Shown here: piece after piece, positions 13,595-28,260 of the stretch
Layout of the letters: every line of letters begins with the position of its first letter
Numbering within the stretch: position 1 is the stretch's first letter
Assembly: GCA_018398765.1 (NCBI GenBank)
Contig: JAHBMJ010000441.1
Coordinates: forward strand, 1-47,154
Origin: Chromera velia
Lineage: Eukaryota
DNA length: 47,154 bases
Reading direction: 5' to 3'
Made by a program: the position numbers and the translations under genes
Notes under the pieces: model-generated
Told to the model about the DNA's origin: nothing
What the model saw: the letters and a program-made list of their open reading frames with translations, nothing else
Databases searched by the model: none

Positions 13595-16500
13595 CACACA
13601 TTAACACGAAGAAAAGAACAGAAAGAAAAGCAATTTGGGGGAGGAGGGGAAAGAGGCGGACAGTCTGTCTGGTACGTGGGTCGTCCACTGGAATGGCAGA
13701 AAGGGGTTTTTGTTGTCTCTTCTTTGGGACTGTCTGTTCCGTTTCGGCAGTCCAGCCAGGAATTTTGAGTACATTTCTCCCCGTGCAGATCTGCTTTTTG
13801 TTTTTCTTTTTTCGTTCTTTGTTTGTTTCTTTCTTTTTTTTTTCTTTCTTTCTTTCTTTCTTTTTTCGTTCTTTGTTTGTTTGTTTCTTTTTTTCTTTCT
13901 TTCTATCCTTCTTCCTGAGAGATTTCGTTGGTAAGTTTTGCAAGCACCACTATCGGGAGAAAATGCATTTTTGGATAAATTCAGATTGATAGATTCATGG
14001 GACGATCACATGCAGGAAGGGCGAGTCTCAAGAGCGCGGAAGGGGGCAACCAATCCTTTCATGTCGGGCCGGCCTCTGATTGGACGTCCTTCCTTCTAAC
14101 AAAGAAGGACTCAGGGGCATTCCATTCACTCAGAAGGCCCTTCAATTGTCCAGTCACTCATTCATCGTCTCACAAATAGCACCGCCTCACTTAATTCCTC
14201 TGACCGACAGACCGACAGACTGACTGACTGACTGACCCCGTCAGAGCACGGCACGGGTTGGTTGTCAGGTCCGTACAGAGTGAGGGTCGCCTCCTCATCC
14301 GGTTCCCATGATTGAGGGACTCCCTGTGCAGTCGCAGAGAAGAATCCCGAGGCTGCCTTGCCCTCAATCTTCAGGGCGTATTCCACAGGAGTCGCACCAT
14401 CAACAGGGGCCGGAAGTTCGAGTTGGTACCCGGGCACTCGGCACTTATAAGTCTCCCCACTGAGGACGCCTGGGTAGAGGTGCCCTGCGTCAAATTTAAT
14501 CACCGTGAGGGTCTTTGCACCGACATCGAGAGTGAAGGCTTCTGCGTCGTTGGGATCGACTTCTACTTCCTGCAGATAGACAGATAGACAGATAGACAGA
14601 CAGACAGACAGACAGGCAGAATATGGATGAACGCAGGGACAAGATTCGCTGCCTGAGCTGTTCATTGACTGATTTGTTCATTCTCTTAGACAGTCAGTCG
14701 GCCCTCACGTTTCTTGTCGTCCTTTTGTATCTTCGTTCGTTCACACGTTGTCTGGCTGGCTGGCTGGCGTGCAGTCTGATCTAACGGACTGGGGTCCACG
14801 AAGGACAACTGACGCACGCAAGGACAACTGAAAGTTTTGATGCGTTCTTGCGTGCGTCAGGTGATTGGCTGGCTGGCTGGCTGGCTGGCGTGCAGTCCTC
14901 TTATCTTACGGACAGGGATCCACATTCGACAACGGCTTGCTTCCGCGTTTTCCCTCCCTTTCATCTCCGAGTCTTCTCTTCTAGTTATTTCACGCACATT
15001 CACTGCAGTACTGACCTGCTCGTTTGTCTCGTTGTCGTTGTAGAGGAAGAACGAGGCTGCTGCCTTGATCTCCGAAATTGCAGGCTCCCAGTTCGAGGGC
15101 GCGTCCTCGAGAGAGAAGATGGCCTTTCCGTCTTCGTCGGTAGTCACCTCAAGGTCGAGATCGTAAATGATCTGCTCAGTGCATTTAAGTGATTGATGCA
15201 GAACACGAACGGACGGCCAAAAGAACCTTTCATGTATGAGTGGACGGCAAGGCCGCATAAATGAAGAAATGCGCAATGGCCGGAAAGATGTTGAATGAGC
15301 AGAGACGGCAGAGAGGAAGAGAAGACACATGCCGTTGATGCTGGTCCTTTGCGGAAGAGTCAGCGGACCGGATTTTCCTCTTTTTTGGTTCCCCCTCTCT
15401 GCTCTTTTTTCTGAAAGAAAACGAAGAAACAGAAACATATCCGATGACTTTGTGGATCTCAACGAAAGAATGTCAAAAGGGCGACACGACAGTTTTGTGG
15501 AATTGTTGATGAATGACTCCCTCCCTCCCTGCCTGTCTGCCTGTCTGCTTGCCGGACCTTTTTGGCCTTTCCCTTTCCGAACGGCAGTTCGCCCTCGAAG
15601 GGTACGAACATCTTCAGCAGAGGGATCGAGGCAGTGTAGTCTGTCGTTGACTGCATCTGTTTGGCAGCCAGAGAGAAGACGCCCTCCTTGTCGTTGTGCA
15701 GAATCGCGTCACTCAGAGGATCCACCGCAATGGCAATCTGCAAGGAAGGAAACAAACAGAGGACACAAAATCAGACTCATAGAATGAGCTTGTAGTGAAA
15801 AAACAATCCGCACATAAGGACAGCCAACCAGAAGGAAATGAAAGCAAACGAATACAAATTCAGTCCAGTCCAGCAATAGTTGGGGTGTTCTCATGAAAGA
15901 ACTGCAGACAGACAGACAGACAGACCTTATTGTCCACATCGTTGACGACAACAGTTGCCGATGGGTCGAATGCGTATCCCTCTGGAATTTTCGTATTCCT
16001 TCCCTTCCTCACTGTGGAGATCCACGAGAAAGTCGTGTGGTCGACTGGGATCGCTAGACGGACTTCCTGTCCGGCAGACATATAGGAGGACTCAAAGCCA
16101 ATCACATTCTCCTCGATGTTGAACTTCACCTGCAAGCAAACAAACAGACAAGAAAGGAAGGTACAGGACAGATTCTGTTCGAACACTTCTGCAAATTTTA
16201 TGCATTTTAGAGTCTCGTCAACTTGCTGCTCATTCATTCGTTCATTCAGACTCCAAAGTCAAACAACAATTCTGGGCAGAGGGGAATTCGATTCAGCAAA
16301 TGAAATCGTTCATCTGTTTTCTGCTTGGGTGAGCGTTGTGGCAAAAGTAAAGAAAGACCCAGAAAGATCTCTTAAGAGCGCAGTACAGGAACAGAAGACG
16401 CGCGTCCTTTCATTTTTGTGATGATATCGATCGATTGTTTTGATCTCCCAAGATGACATCCATTGTTGAATCAAATGAACGGACGGAAAAAGAACAAAGA

Positions 16501-19500
16501 AAGAAATGCACAGGAACCTACCCACCCACCTTGTCTGGCGTGACCTCGAAGACCTCCTCGTTGGCGTCGATGACGAGGATCGACTTTGTGGAGTCATACA
16601 GGACCTCTGGGGGGAGGGCAACGGACATACCTCCTTCCTCTCCCTCTCCCTCCAGCACAAGCATCGACCGTTTCGTCTCAGCCGAGTAGACAGAGACGTC
16701 AAAGTTCGTGCCAGGGAAAATCAGGGGGGACCTGAGAAAGAATACAAAGGACACGTAGGGAGTGAAAAAGAAAATCCCATTGAGGCAGAAAGCTGATATG
16801 TTTCTTTCCGTTTGTCAACCTGGGGGCTGAGGCGTTGTGCCTGAAACATACGTGCATACACATGCATTAAACTGTTGACATTGTTCTCCCTTTCTGCTTC
16901 ACTCACCTGACGACCAAGAGTCGGCTCCATTCTTCGAAGATTGCCTGTTTGGCTTGGGGCTCGATGATGATTTCTGCGTCTCCCTCCTGTTCCTTCAGGA
17001 CAATCAATCTGGAGAGGTCCGGCACCTGTCCGTCTGGAATCTCCACCATGATTTGACCCTTCAGGGAAGTCTGGCTAGACAGTTTCTGCATGGATACACA
17101 TGCACACAGACAGACAGATGGACAGAAGAGAGATACACATAGAGAGAGGGAGAGAGACAGGGAGAGAGATTGCAGACAAATTGGCGAAAGGAACGGAAAT
17201 GAATGAACGAAAGAGGAGAGGAAGGAAAGAAAAGAGAACGAGAAAGAATAAAAGAAGAAGGAGACGGCCCTTCATGTGGAAAGAAGCAACACTTGCAAGC
17301 CTTCATCCACTTCCTTCCCGAGACCGACTGACGAACCTGAGGCTGATGGGGGGCGCCCTCATTTTGCGGGAAGAGCTTCACCTTGGCTGTGTAGGCCATC
17401 CCTTCCTTGACCTTGGTGTTGCTCTCCACTGAGAGAGCGTGGGCGTCGGCAGCGAAGGAGACCAGATCCAAATCTTTATTCACCTGCTGCTTGGTCATGT
17501 CCTCATCTGTCAATGTGAACGGCTCATCGATGTACGGAGCCCACCCGTAAGGCACGTGGAGGGCCAGTTTGCCCGATGCTCCGTCTCCCTTGAGAGAGAA
17601 GTTAATGTAAGGAGCGCCTTCTGCCTTGGACAGAATGTTCATTGCCCACATACCGTCTTGGCACTTCATCTTGACAGGATCCGATCCTCCGCAGAGCACC
17701 TCCCTGTGTGCGCCCTGGAAGTGCCCGACTCCCGTCCAGGTACAGGTCTTCTTCCCCATGGGAATCGGACAGAAAGCCCTGCCGATGGATTCCTTGGAGC
17801 CGTCTGCAGGAGAGGGGATCGAGGCGCGATGGATGCAATCAGCACAGCAAAGTTGTGTGTATACGCTTCTCCATATTCTGATTTTCGTCGCCGAATGTAC
17901 CGACCGTTTTGTTTCTCTGAACCCAAACTTGAGCAAGCGAGGAAGGGAAAAGAGACACTGAGGAAGGCATTGAAGACAAATGGATAGTATGGGAATGTAG
18001 AGATTGGAGTTCGTTTCATCTCCAGATGAGAACAGACAACAAGCAAGAAAGAGAATTAACTAATCAATTGGGGCAGGAAACAAGGACCCGGCCCACGAAA
18101 CGACACTCATATTGACGGACCTTCGACGAATTTCTTCTGCATCAAATCCCAGAGGACCTGCACGTGCAAAACAAAAGGGATGCAGGTGAATATGCATCGG
18201 TCCTTTGAAGCACGACGGAACAGAATCTTTTCAGAATGATCACATGTTCTAAATCAAGATGGTGACTGCCAGGAATCTTACAAAACGAGAATGTCGTTTT
18301 CGGAGAAGCAAGCAAGGCAAAGCAAAGAAAGACTGACTCCTCCCACCCACCTGAGAGAGGTTCATGAGAGGTTTGTTGCCCAGCTCCTTTTTCAAGGTCA
18401 TCACTGCTCCAACGTGGCCCCGGAAAGCGCCGTCTTGTTCTGTCGACCCAAGAACCAGAGACGCCGTCTCCTTAGCCGCATCCCTCGGACAGACATCGTC
18501 CCCTGTGTCAGAGTCCAAAGTAGCCAGCTGCACCATCAGACCTGTGGACCCGTCCATTGTGTACAGCACCGCCTTCCTCTTGCCGTCATCCGCAGGCTCC
18601 ACGGAGACTGCCACCATCTGCCAGACGTTGGGTTTCAAGACAGGGTTCTTGGAGTGGACCTGGCGGGCCTTCTGGCCACTGTCGCACTTCTTTCGGTTAC
18701 CGAACCAGAGATTGGCTGCTGTCTGCATCTCGGCTGCCTTTGCGGCGTCGGCGTCGTCCCCGGATTCCTCTGCAAAGGGATGGAGGGGGAAACAAGAGAA
18801 AAGAAGGGATCGATATGACGGGATGGGGTGATCCATACACGTAGGCCCAATGTGAACAGCAGAAGATCTCCACGCAAACCATAGTTGGGGGAAGATGCGT
18901 GGGGCGGCCAACGAAACGCACATCTATTCGAGTGCAATGTTTTTGAGGTTCTGTGTGGGTGTTGTCGGATGAAAACTGCTTTCAAGTCGTGATGAATGAG
19001 CTCAGCTTTTGTTTGAATGGGTCGATATCTTGCTGCGAATGCATTGCATGATGGACAGACTGCCTGACTGCCTGACTGACTGACTGACGCTGCAGGCCCA
19101 TAAGGTAGGAGTCCAGATCTGCAACGCTCGCCTGATTGAGTCCTCCGACGGCTGCCAGGGCCAGGAACAACTGTTGGGCCTGCAAAGGAAGCAAACATGC
19201 CGGCAAACAAAAACTTGACATGAACATCTTTTCCTTTTCCTTCTGGTCACGCTTCTCCGATGACATTCTTTTGATGCTCTGAGCCAAGAAAGGATGGAAT
19301 AGAGACGTAAGACTTGCGGGAAGACAACAATGCCACCATAGATTGCTAAAGGCACTCGTATGCTCATTCGAGAAGCAGTCAGAACAAGGATTCGTCCTTG
19401 TGAGTCAAACACGATAAAATCCATTTTTGCCGCCTGTCACCTTATTTGTTTGTTGCATCACAGACGAGGGAGGCCGGCGACTGCTTCTCACTGCCTCTCT

Positions 19501-20946
19501 ATTTAGCCCCTCACTGTCTGCGTGACTACAAGAAGAATGACGGACTGACCGAAGCCCCTGCTTTCGGTTTGACGAAGGCAATAACAGAGAAGCCCCCGTC
19601 AGAGGGCAGCTTCACCTGGCCCTTGCTGAACATGTACGCGCTCTTCTCCTGGTCAAAACTCATACCAGAGCTGCATGCAATCAATCCTCCATGAGAGAGA
19701 TAGAGAGAAAGGGAAAAATGCAGGAAACAAGAAAACACAGAAAAACAGAACTTTTCTCTGCAGATCGAAGATGAGCGTCGAGCCTTGCAGTGCAATTGCG
19801 CTTCGATCCTTTGTTTTCTTCCTTCCATCACAAACAGGACAGGCCCACACGAATGTACCGCCGCTCACTCAGCCCCCATGTCTCTTGTCCCCCCAAGTTT
19901 ACAAGCTGTCCCTCAACCCACCAACTCCCAGGTCTACAAGCTCACTGGACAGTCCCCCCCCCCCCCCCCCNNNNNNNNNNNNNNNNNNNNNNNNNNNNNN
20001 NNNNNNNNNNNNNNNNNNNNNNNNNNNNNNNNNNNNNNNNNNNNCCCCCCCCCGCCAAATGACGGACCCGACTTGCAAAAAGGGACTCGAGGTGATCTCC
20101 CCTTGATCGAGGGACCCGAGGTGCTCCGCTGGGGGGCCCGCTGCTCCCTTGAGTTTGGGCATGGGCCCAGGGACCTCAATTGCGCTCTGCCACTGCAACG
20201 CGTGGTTGATCTCCTTGGAAGAAATCAAATTCATGTAGTCAGAAGTCGCTACCCAGAGACCGTCAACGAAGGGCATCTCAGCCTTGATTAGCTCGGTCTC
20301 CACCAGGGAAATCCACACATTGGCGGGGCCGTTGTAGCCTCCCGGCAGTCTGCTCTGGAGATATTCGAGAAATTCAAGATGCTGTGGGAAGACGGCACCG
20401 AACACAGGGGCCGGGCAGGTATCGCATGTGTGTTGGCATTGCTCCTCTACCTTCAGAGTCCCGATGGAGACGCCAGAAGGTAATTTGATGTTCAGCTGGG
20501 CGGCCGCGACTGCGAATGTCGACTTGCACCCGGCACCGTCGGCCGAGCTCTTCATGGTTGCGCAGGTGAGTCTGAGCAGATCCTTGTCAGCGCCCTCGAT
20601 CGTCTCGGGCTTCCATCTGTCCTGACAGAAAGGGCAGGGGGCGCACGAACCTCCGCAGTCGAGTCCTGTCTCGTCTCCGTTTTGGACACCGTCATCGCAC
20701 CTCGCTGCATAAAGTTGCACGGCAGTGAGTGCGTGGGAAGGGTGAGAGGGAATTCAGGAGAGATGAAGAAAACATCTTTCGTGCACGATTTTCGAGAGAG
20801 CGGCATGCAATCACACTCACTCTAATGGAGGATGCGGAGAGGGGAGCGGTCCTGCGAATACCGTGAAGGTCCCAATCCATCCCCGCAGCTCTGTTCTCGT
20901 CTTTTTCTTTTTGCCCCTCCAAATGCCCCTTTGAGTCCATTGCATG

Positions 20947-20978
<32 letters not shown>

Positions 20979-23538
20979 GCACGCACCAGACAAACGCACT
21001 TGCGCGCACGCATACACACAGAGAAAGAGAAAGAGAAAAGCAGAAAAAGGCAAAGAGAGAGGCACAGAGAGACAGACTGATTGACCTACCGCAGTTGTTG
21101 CATGCTTTCTTGCACACGTCCTTGACGTCCATTTCATATTCAAGGAAAGGGGTCCACTCGAGGTTCGTCAACTTGGATTTCGCCTCAGAGAGATCGGCCC
21201 CGCACCCGACCGATCCCTCTAAGAGCTCACAGGACAGGCCATCCACCACAGCATGGACGGGGTCGTTCACGCAGTGATAGTCTTTGGCGGCCTCCTTCAG
21301 GGCTGCATGCATCCCATTCATCGCCAACAAACCAAATAAGAGGGAAGCGTAGATTTACATGTTGAGAACCAACATGGCAGTTGCGCAAAGCGTCTGTCTC
21401 ATCATGTGTAGAGGGATCTTGTCTTGTACAGTGCAGGCAATTGTGCTTCACAAGAGAGTGATGGAACGGTTTCTGGCTGCTTGTTGTCCTTTTTATATTC
21501 TTACAGGAAGCGTCAGAGGAGCCAAGAGGTATGACCGGATCCTGCCAACAACCCTTCCAAAGAGCAAAAGGCAAAGATGCGTGTCCATGCAAAGAAAGAC
21601 GTTCAAGGGTTCTGGCTGTGTTCCTTTCTTCCTTCCCTCCCTTCCTCCCTTTCCAACCTTCCATTTTGCCTTCGAAATCCTCAATTATCGTCACGACTGC
21701 AGAAAGGGGGCACACGGGGAGAAGGGGGAGACAGAGTGCGAGAGAAAGAGAGATGCTTATTTCTCCAGACACAGAAAGCAGACAAGGGCAAGAAACTGAA
21801 GCTGTACATAAACGTAGAATAGTGAGAGGAGTGAAACGCACGATTCATACATGACACGAAGAACATGGGGGAAACACAGACGCACTCTCTCATGTGAACA
21901 AAGAAAAGGGGTCAGCGTCCAGTCAGAAGGCCATCAAATGAACAAACGAGGGACAACACCAACACTCAACGTGTAGACTGCATGACTTCTCTTTCCTTTC
22001 CCAAAAATGCACAAAGCTCTCTTCCTTCCTAACCAACCAACCAACCATCGCTCTCAGGTTCTGCCACCTCAGCCATCAGCATCCCGACTGCCTTGAACGT
22101 TACGTCGTCCAATTTGGAATTCCAGATCGCCAGGAGTCGAAGTTTCCCGGCAAAGAGAGAGTTCACCTTGTCGGGAGAGCCCGCAGTCACAGTGGAGATG
22201 CGTGCGTCAGTGCTGTCTGATGCCAACACGTGGCCACCAACCTGAAAAAGTCGAAGATTTGGTTTGGGCGTGTAGGACACGTGCGTGGGTTTGCAGTGTG
22301 AGAATGAACTTCAGCATGCACATCCAGCATTATTTTGTCAGACGGACATGAGAGTCTGCTTGGTGCGTGGGTGATCTGTAGTCACTGATTGATTGATTGA
22401 TTTCCAGAATATGATGAGATCAGACTGTCTCCTGGGTCGGGTCGGGAGGTGTTAGGCAGACAGTAAGAGAGAAAATCGGGAGGGAGTGAAGACACAACCG
22501 CAGTCGCTGACTTTTCGAACTATAAAGGTTTTTTGTGTTTTTTGCGTACCTGAAGTGGGGCGTTGCCCGGGATTCTCTGCACGATGTTGTCGTAAACTTT
22601 TGATCCTTCGTGCACTAGAGTGGAGAGGTCCGTGGATGAATCCTTTGAGAATTTTCTGATCGAGAGTGTGCCGTCCACATCCACCAATACACCCAATACC
22701 ATGATGGCAGAACCTCCACTCTCACTGTCAAATTCGGCAGTCTCTGTCTCGGCAGTCGCGCTGTCGTCTGCGCCCTTGTGTGTAACCTTGGCATTCGATT
22801 TGCGCGCGAGGTTGCCCACCATCCCGATGAGGTAGGACTCTTGGTCGGTGCTCTGCCAGACGCCGAAACCGGCAGTGCTGTTTTTCTTCTCGGTGTCCCC
22901 CTTACCTCCCATGTCTGGTTCCACCCCGAGGTTGAATCCCCCCCCTCCAAAGCTCTCAAAGTTCCCAAAATGAAGCAGGGCCTCTGCACCTCCTACCTGA
23001 AGGATCAAGTGGAAGAGAAAGGGGGGAGGGAGGGAGTCGGTGGATGATGTAAAGAGGGGAGGGAAGTCAAGGGAAATGAGTTCAAGACGTCCATCAGGCG
23101 ACGAACAGAAGAAAGATGTTCCTCTTTTTTCTGGTTTCTGAATTCTTTTTCTGTCTTCTTCTATTGACGCAACATCAAAGAGACACAGGGATAGAAATGG
23201 GAAGATGGTGGGGGAGAAAAACGCTGAATCAGGTGAACGAATTTCCACACCAAAGTCCAAGCGACGAGAAAAAAAAAAGGAGCAACATACCTCTGAAGGC
23301 TCAAAAGCGACGAAGACCGTAACTCCCTTGCCGTCATTCATCACAGCTGTTTGAGAAGACGTCAGGACTGTTCTTTCCTCCTCCGTTCCCTTGAAAGACA
23401 TCGCCTTGTCCTCCAAAGAAGGTTTGAAGTTTCCGTTTGAAGCGTCGGCGACCTTCAGAGCACCAAAACCACCACACATGAGGTTCTCTGCCTCGTCGAC
23501 GCGCTGCTCGTTGTCGAGAGTCAAGTATCTGCAGACAA

Positions 23539-23569
<31 letters not shown>

Positions 23570-25040
23570 CACAAACAGACAAACAGACAGAAATGATTTG
23601 ACATCAAGCCCTTTGTCTGTGTCTTTGTGCGCTCAAGAAAGTCAACAAATCTGCGCTCAGTCACACAGCCTCCCTCTCACTCACACCCGCAGTCTCTCTC
23701 TTCCTCACTCTGACGCTCACTCATCTTTTCACTCACTCACCCACGCCCACACACACTTGCGTGCGTGCTTTCCGTTCTTCCTCCCTGTTTTTCTTCCCTC
23801 CCGTCTGCCTGCCTGCATTTCCTTGTACAGACTTGCACTGACGTACCTGTCGTCTGCCAGCCACCACCCGAGAGACTCCTCCTGCATCCACCTAGGAAGA
23901 GACCGGAAAGGGTCCGCCTCCTCCCCTTCAGCAATCTCCTCGCAGCTCGGGAGGGGGGGGTTGAAGGCCCCGCCTGTGCAGGTGCTGAAGGCCTCCTCTC
24001 CCTCCTTGGACGGTTTCGATTTCCCGAAGCAGCACACCGAGACAGAGTCGCCCTCAACGAATGTGGAAGAGAAGATGCCGGGACCAGAGGCACGATAGAA
24101 ACGCCCGTTCGCTTCCTCAGGAGTAGGGCAAGTCTCTGCACGCAGGCAGGCAGTGGTGCATGGAAAGAGAGGGCCGCTCGTCGGGTCGCGTGTCTGTGTG
24201 TCTTGGTTCGAAGAAGAAGGTGAGATCAGAGAGCGGAACAAGCTCTCAGGAAAAGGCTAAGTGCAGTTGAGAGAGTCGTTTTATGAATAGAAAAGGTCGA
24301 CACGGTGTGAGAAATCTGAGCCGTTCATATCTAGAAAAAAAGGGCAAAGACAAATCTCTGCTTGCTTGGGGGCCATGCGCCAATATTGAACTGCATTCCG
24401 TTGTTTCTCCTTGCACGATTCTGAGAAGAGACAACGCAAGTTTGGTCCCTCAAAAGGCTTCTTTGCTTGTCTCATACATAACACGAACCGAACAGCATGA
24501 GAATAAAGTGTCGTGATCTGACCCCAACTGAAAAAAAAGAGAACCGCACTGACTGACTTTTGCACTCCGGCCTTCCCTCCATGCCCTCAAACGGAAAGAA
24601 CCTGGGTTTGAACTCTTCGTTCTCTGTGCAGGTCATCACGTGGACCCCTATGGGCGCGTATCCCTTGTCGCACTCCACCTGCATCTGGTCTCCCAGTTGG
24701 TACACCTCCCCCGCCTCTCTCTCCCTGACACCGTCTACGACCTTCAGCTTTCCGTTGCCAATCTCGGGAACGGGACAGCCCTTGTCTGCAGAACGAGAGA
24801 GATCGATTCGGCGTTTGGTATGTGCACAGATAGTCTTGTGAGGGTTTGTGGAGGGGAGAGAGAGAGACGGAGAGAGAAAATTAGTTGACCTGTATGACTC
24901 CAATCTGTTTGTGCACACAGACAGACAGACAGCTTTCCCGGTTTGGCAGGCAAGTAGACAGGCCGGCAAGCACAATGACGGACAGGAATACGCCCTCCAA
25001 AAAGCAACAAAGGTGACGCAGAGTCACTCAAAAAAAAACG

Positions 25041-25075
<35 letters not shown>

Positions 25076-25092
25076 GCACGCACGCACACACA

Positions 25093-25142
<50 letters not shown>

Positions 25143-27435
25143 TACAGAGACAGACAGAGAAAGAGAGAAAGAGAGAAAGAGAAAAAGAGATATAGAGACA
25201 GGCAGAGAAAGACAAACAGAGAAACAGAGAAAGAGAGAGACAGGGAGCTAGAGAGACTGACTGACAGTGCAGATTCCAGGTCTCCACGTCGACGCAAATT
25301 TCGGAATCGAGAGAGGGGTACCAGTTGCCGATGGGCAGGTCGTCTGCCCCTGTCTCGTTCCTTTTGCATTCGAAGAACTCGGGCGGGTTTCTCGGCACCA
25401 TTTTGTATCCGTCAATGCATTCGGATGTGATTTGTGTGCCCTCTGTGAAGTTCAACGGGACGTCGACTCTGAGATGTTCTGCTATCAGAGTGATGTCTGA
25501 GTCGATGGCTTTGTCCACAGGCTTCACTTTGTCCCAGTCCCAGCTGTACTTCGTGTGGGTTGTCTCCAGGTCAAACCCGTTCACGTCAGTACACCTCAAC
25601 ACCGAGTCTGCAGATGCAAACGAAAAAGGAGGGAAGAAAGAAATCACGGCCCGATGAGTGAGTGTGGGAGGAGAGTCGTCCCATGGCGTGATCAATTCGT
25701 CCTCACCAATTTTTATTCGAAGAGAGCGGGTGATGATAAAGGGATCCCCCCAACCGACTGAATGACTGACTGACTGACCGGGTGAGCAGATGGCGGTCTC
25801 CCCGTTGTACTTGCCCTTCTCGAGGCAGATCACCTGCTTGTGTCCGTTCAGATGATATCCGTGTGGACACCGGAAGGTCGCCACTGTACCTGCGTGTCTC
25901 TCCTCTGCGTGCGGACCCTCATACGTTACCTCTGCCTGGACGTCGGGGTCCGCGGTCTCTCGCGGCATCACATCGCCACAAGGGGCAGCTGCAGGACAGA
26001 AAAACAGAGAGACAGACAGACTATATCGTGCTTTCTTTCCCTTTTTCTCTTTCTTCATTCTTAGACAGTCAGGCAGAGTGACAGAGAGACAGCAGAGAAA
26101 ATACTCTGAATCCTTTTTGTTCTGTTCCTGGCTGGTCTCATGAGTGTGCAGGACATAGTAAAAGTAGACTGGCCAGTGTAGCAGCAAGCCGCCAGATTTG
26201 TGCAAGTGGGTGTGGAAAGGCGGGTGTGTTTTTTCTCAGTTTGAACTGAGAGAGGAAGCCAAGGGGAGGTGCAGGAAACAAATCTCCCATTTGATCGTCA
26301 ACCCATTTGAAAGAACAAAAACAACCCACGGATCAACTTGGCTTCTTATGAAGCCCAAAAACAGAATGAAAATTCGTGCACTTCAGAGTTTCTCAATCTA
26401 CATACCGCATCTGATGTCAGCTGTGTCCATGTTGAAGTGTCCGTCTGCGAGACACGCCAATTCTCTCTTCTGGGGAGGAAGCAGTTTGAATCCCTCATCA
26501 GCAGCCAGACAGGTGAACCGAACTGTCACGCCGACGTTCACCTCCGAGGCCGAGGAGTCTGTCTGGACCCCCTCCCGACCGTCCCAGAGCCTCTCGGGGA
26601 TGATGCACTTGGCTGCACACAGAGGACCACGGAGGTGGGCAAAACATTCTTTCTTATTATTCTTTGGGACATACACAGACGAAGACAGAGCTGCAGGCTT
26701 TCTTCAAACTCAAAAATCGAAAAAAAGACTTCTCAAACGGATGCTTGGACGATGCAGAACTTAAGGCAATGCTGCATGCTGTTGAAAGGACGATGCAGAA
26801 CTTAATGAAATGCAGGAATAGAACCGAATCCGAGATAGAAAGCTTTCGAAAGAGCACAGAATTTATTCAACTCACTCACGCACCCACTCACTTGTGCAGC
26901 TGGGAATCTCTCCCACAAATTTGCCCGTCATGCCGTCGCATCTGCGGACACCAAAAACGAAAAGAAAGACCGAAAGAAACAGGAACAAAGGAAGGAATGC
27001 GAATAAATAAAGGAAGTCTAGAGGGAGAATGAGGATCTGTACGAAGGTTGGAAAGAAATGGAGAGGAACATCTGAGACATCAAATGAGGCGTTCAGATTC
27101 AGATGACCACACACCTTCAGATTCAGATTCTTTATCTCTCTCCACCACCCACCCACCCACCCACCTACCTGAGGAGCTTTGTGCCTTCCAGCTCGATTGC
27201 CACAGTCCTGTCCGGGTTCTTGCAGGAGAAGATAATGCTCTTCCCTGCCGGCAACTTCTTGTCCTCAACAGAAGCCTCGTCGTACAGTGCGTCCAGCTTC
27301 GAGCTGTCGTACTCTGGAATCTCACAGGGCGTCTTGTTGGGCGGCAGTTCGCAGGCCGGGGGAGTGCCCTCTGGGTAGGTGTCCCAGTGGCCCCAGGGAA
27401 GGCAGGTGGCGTACTGTGCCTTTCCTGCACACACA

Positions 27436-27477
<42 letters not shown>

Positions 27478-27751
27478 AGGATACATTCATTTGTGTCAAC
27501 ACACAGAAGTGGAGAGACAGTTGGACCTTCCTTCGTTCCTCGTCTTCCTGGCCTGCTCGTGTGGCTCTGACTGCCCCAAGACTCATACACACGAGAGATT
27601 TGTAAGGGAGTCGACCGGCAGAGTACAATCAATCAATTGGGCTGCATGATCGAATCATGATAGATAGGGCTTGGCCTCCCTTTGCTTTCCTTTATGTAGC
27701 CGCGTGCGTGCAGATACGATCATGAAAGAACGAAGGAATGAAGCAATGACG

Positions 27752-27791
<40 letters not shown>

Positions 27792-28228
27792 AAGAAAGAC
27801 AGAAAGAAAAAAGGAAAAGAAAAGAAAAGAAAAGAAAAAAAAAGAAAAAAAGAAAGAAAGAAAGAAAGAAAGAAAGGAAAAAAAAAAATGAAAGGGAAAA
27901 CAATGCCAACCATGAGGCCAGACATATCCTGTGTTGCAGTGGAAGGTGATTGTGGCTCCCTCTCCCCACTGGCTCCCGTCCTTCCCCTCCAGGATTCGCA
28001 TCTCTCCGTTCTCAGGCTTCGTCATGGCTCCGCAGTTGGCTGCTTGGGGGCACGCACCAAGTCCAACAAGAAAGCCAGAGCATGAGAAAGGAGATCATAT
28101 GATAGACGTGTGTGTATGTATGCTTGTGTGTGCGCGTGTAAGTGTGTCCATGTCTGTGTATGTGTGTGTCTTTATGTGTATGTGTATAAGAGTGAGTGTG
28201 CGTGTGTGCGCGTGTAAGTGTGTCCATG

Positions 28229-28260
<32 letters not shown>

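Noticed and set aside
14751..14922. Imperfect ~45-bp duplication (GCTGGCTGGCGTGCAGTC..CGGAC..TCCAC)
   Set aside because: Intronic, diverged, with no effect on predicted splice sites.
19899..20106. ORFs reading through N runs (also 40706-41083)
   Set aside because: Artefacts of assembly gaps and flanking homopolymers.
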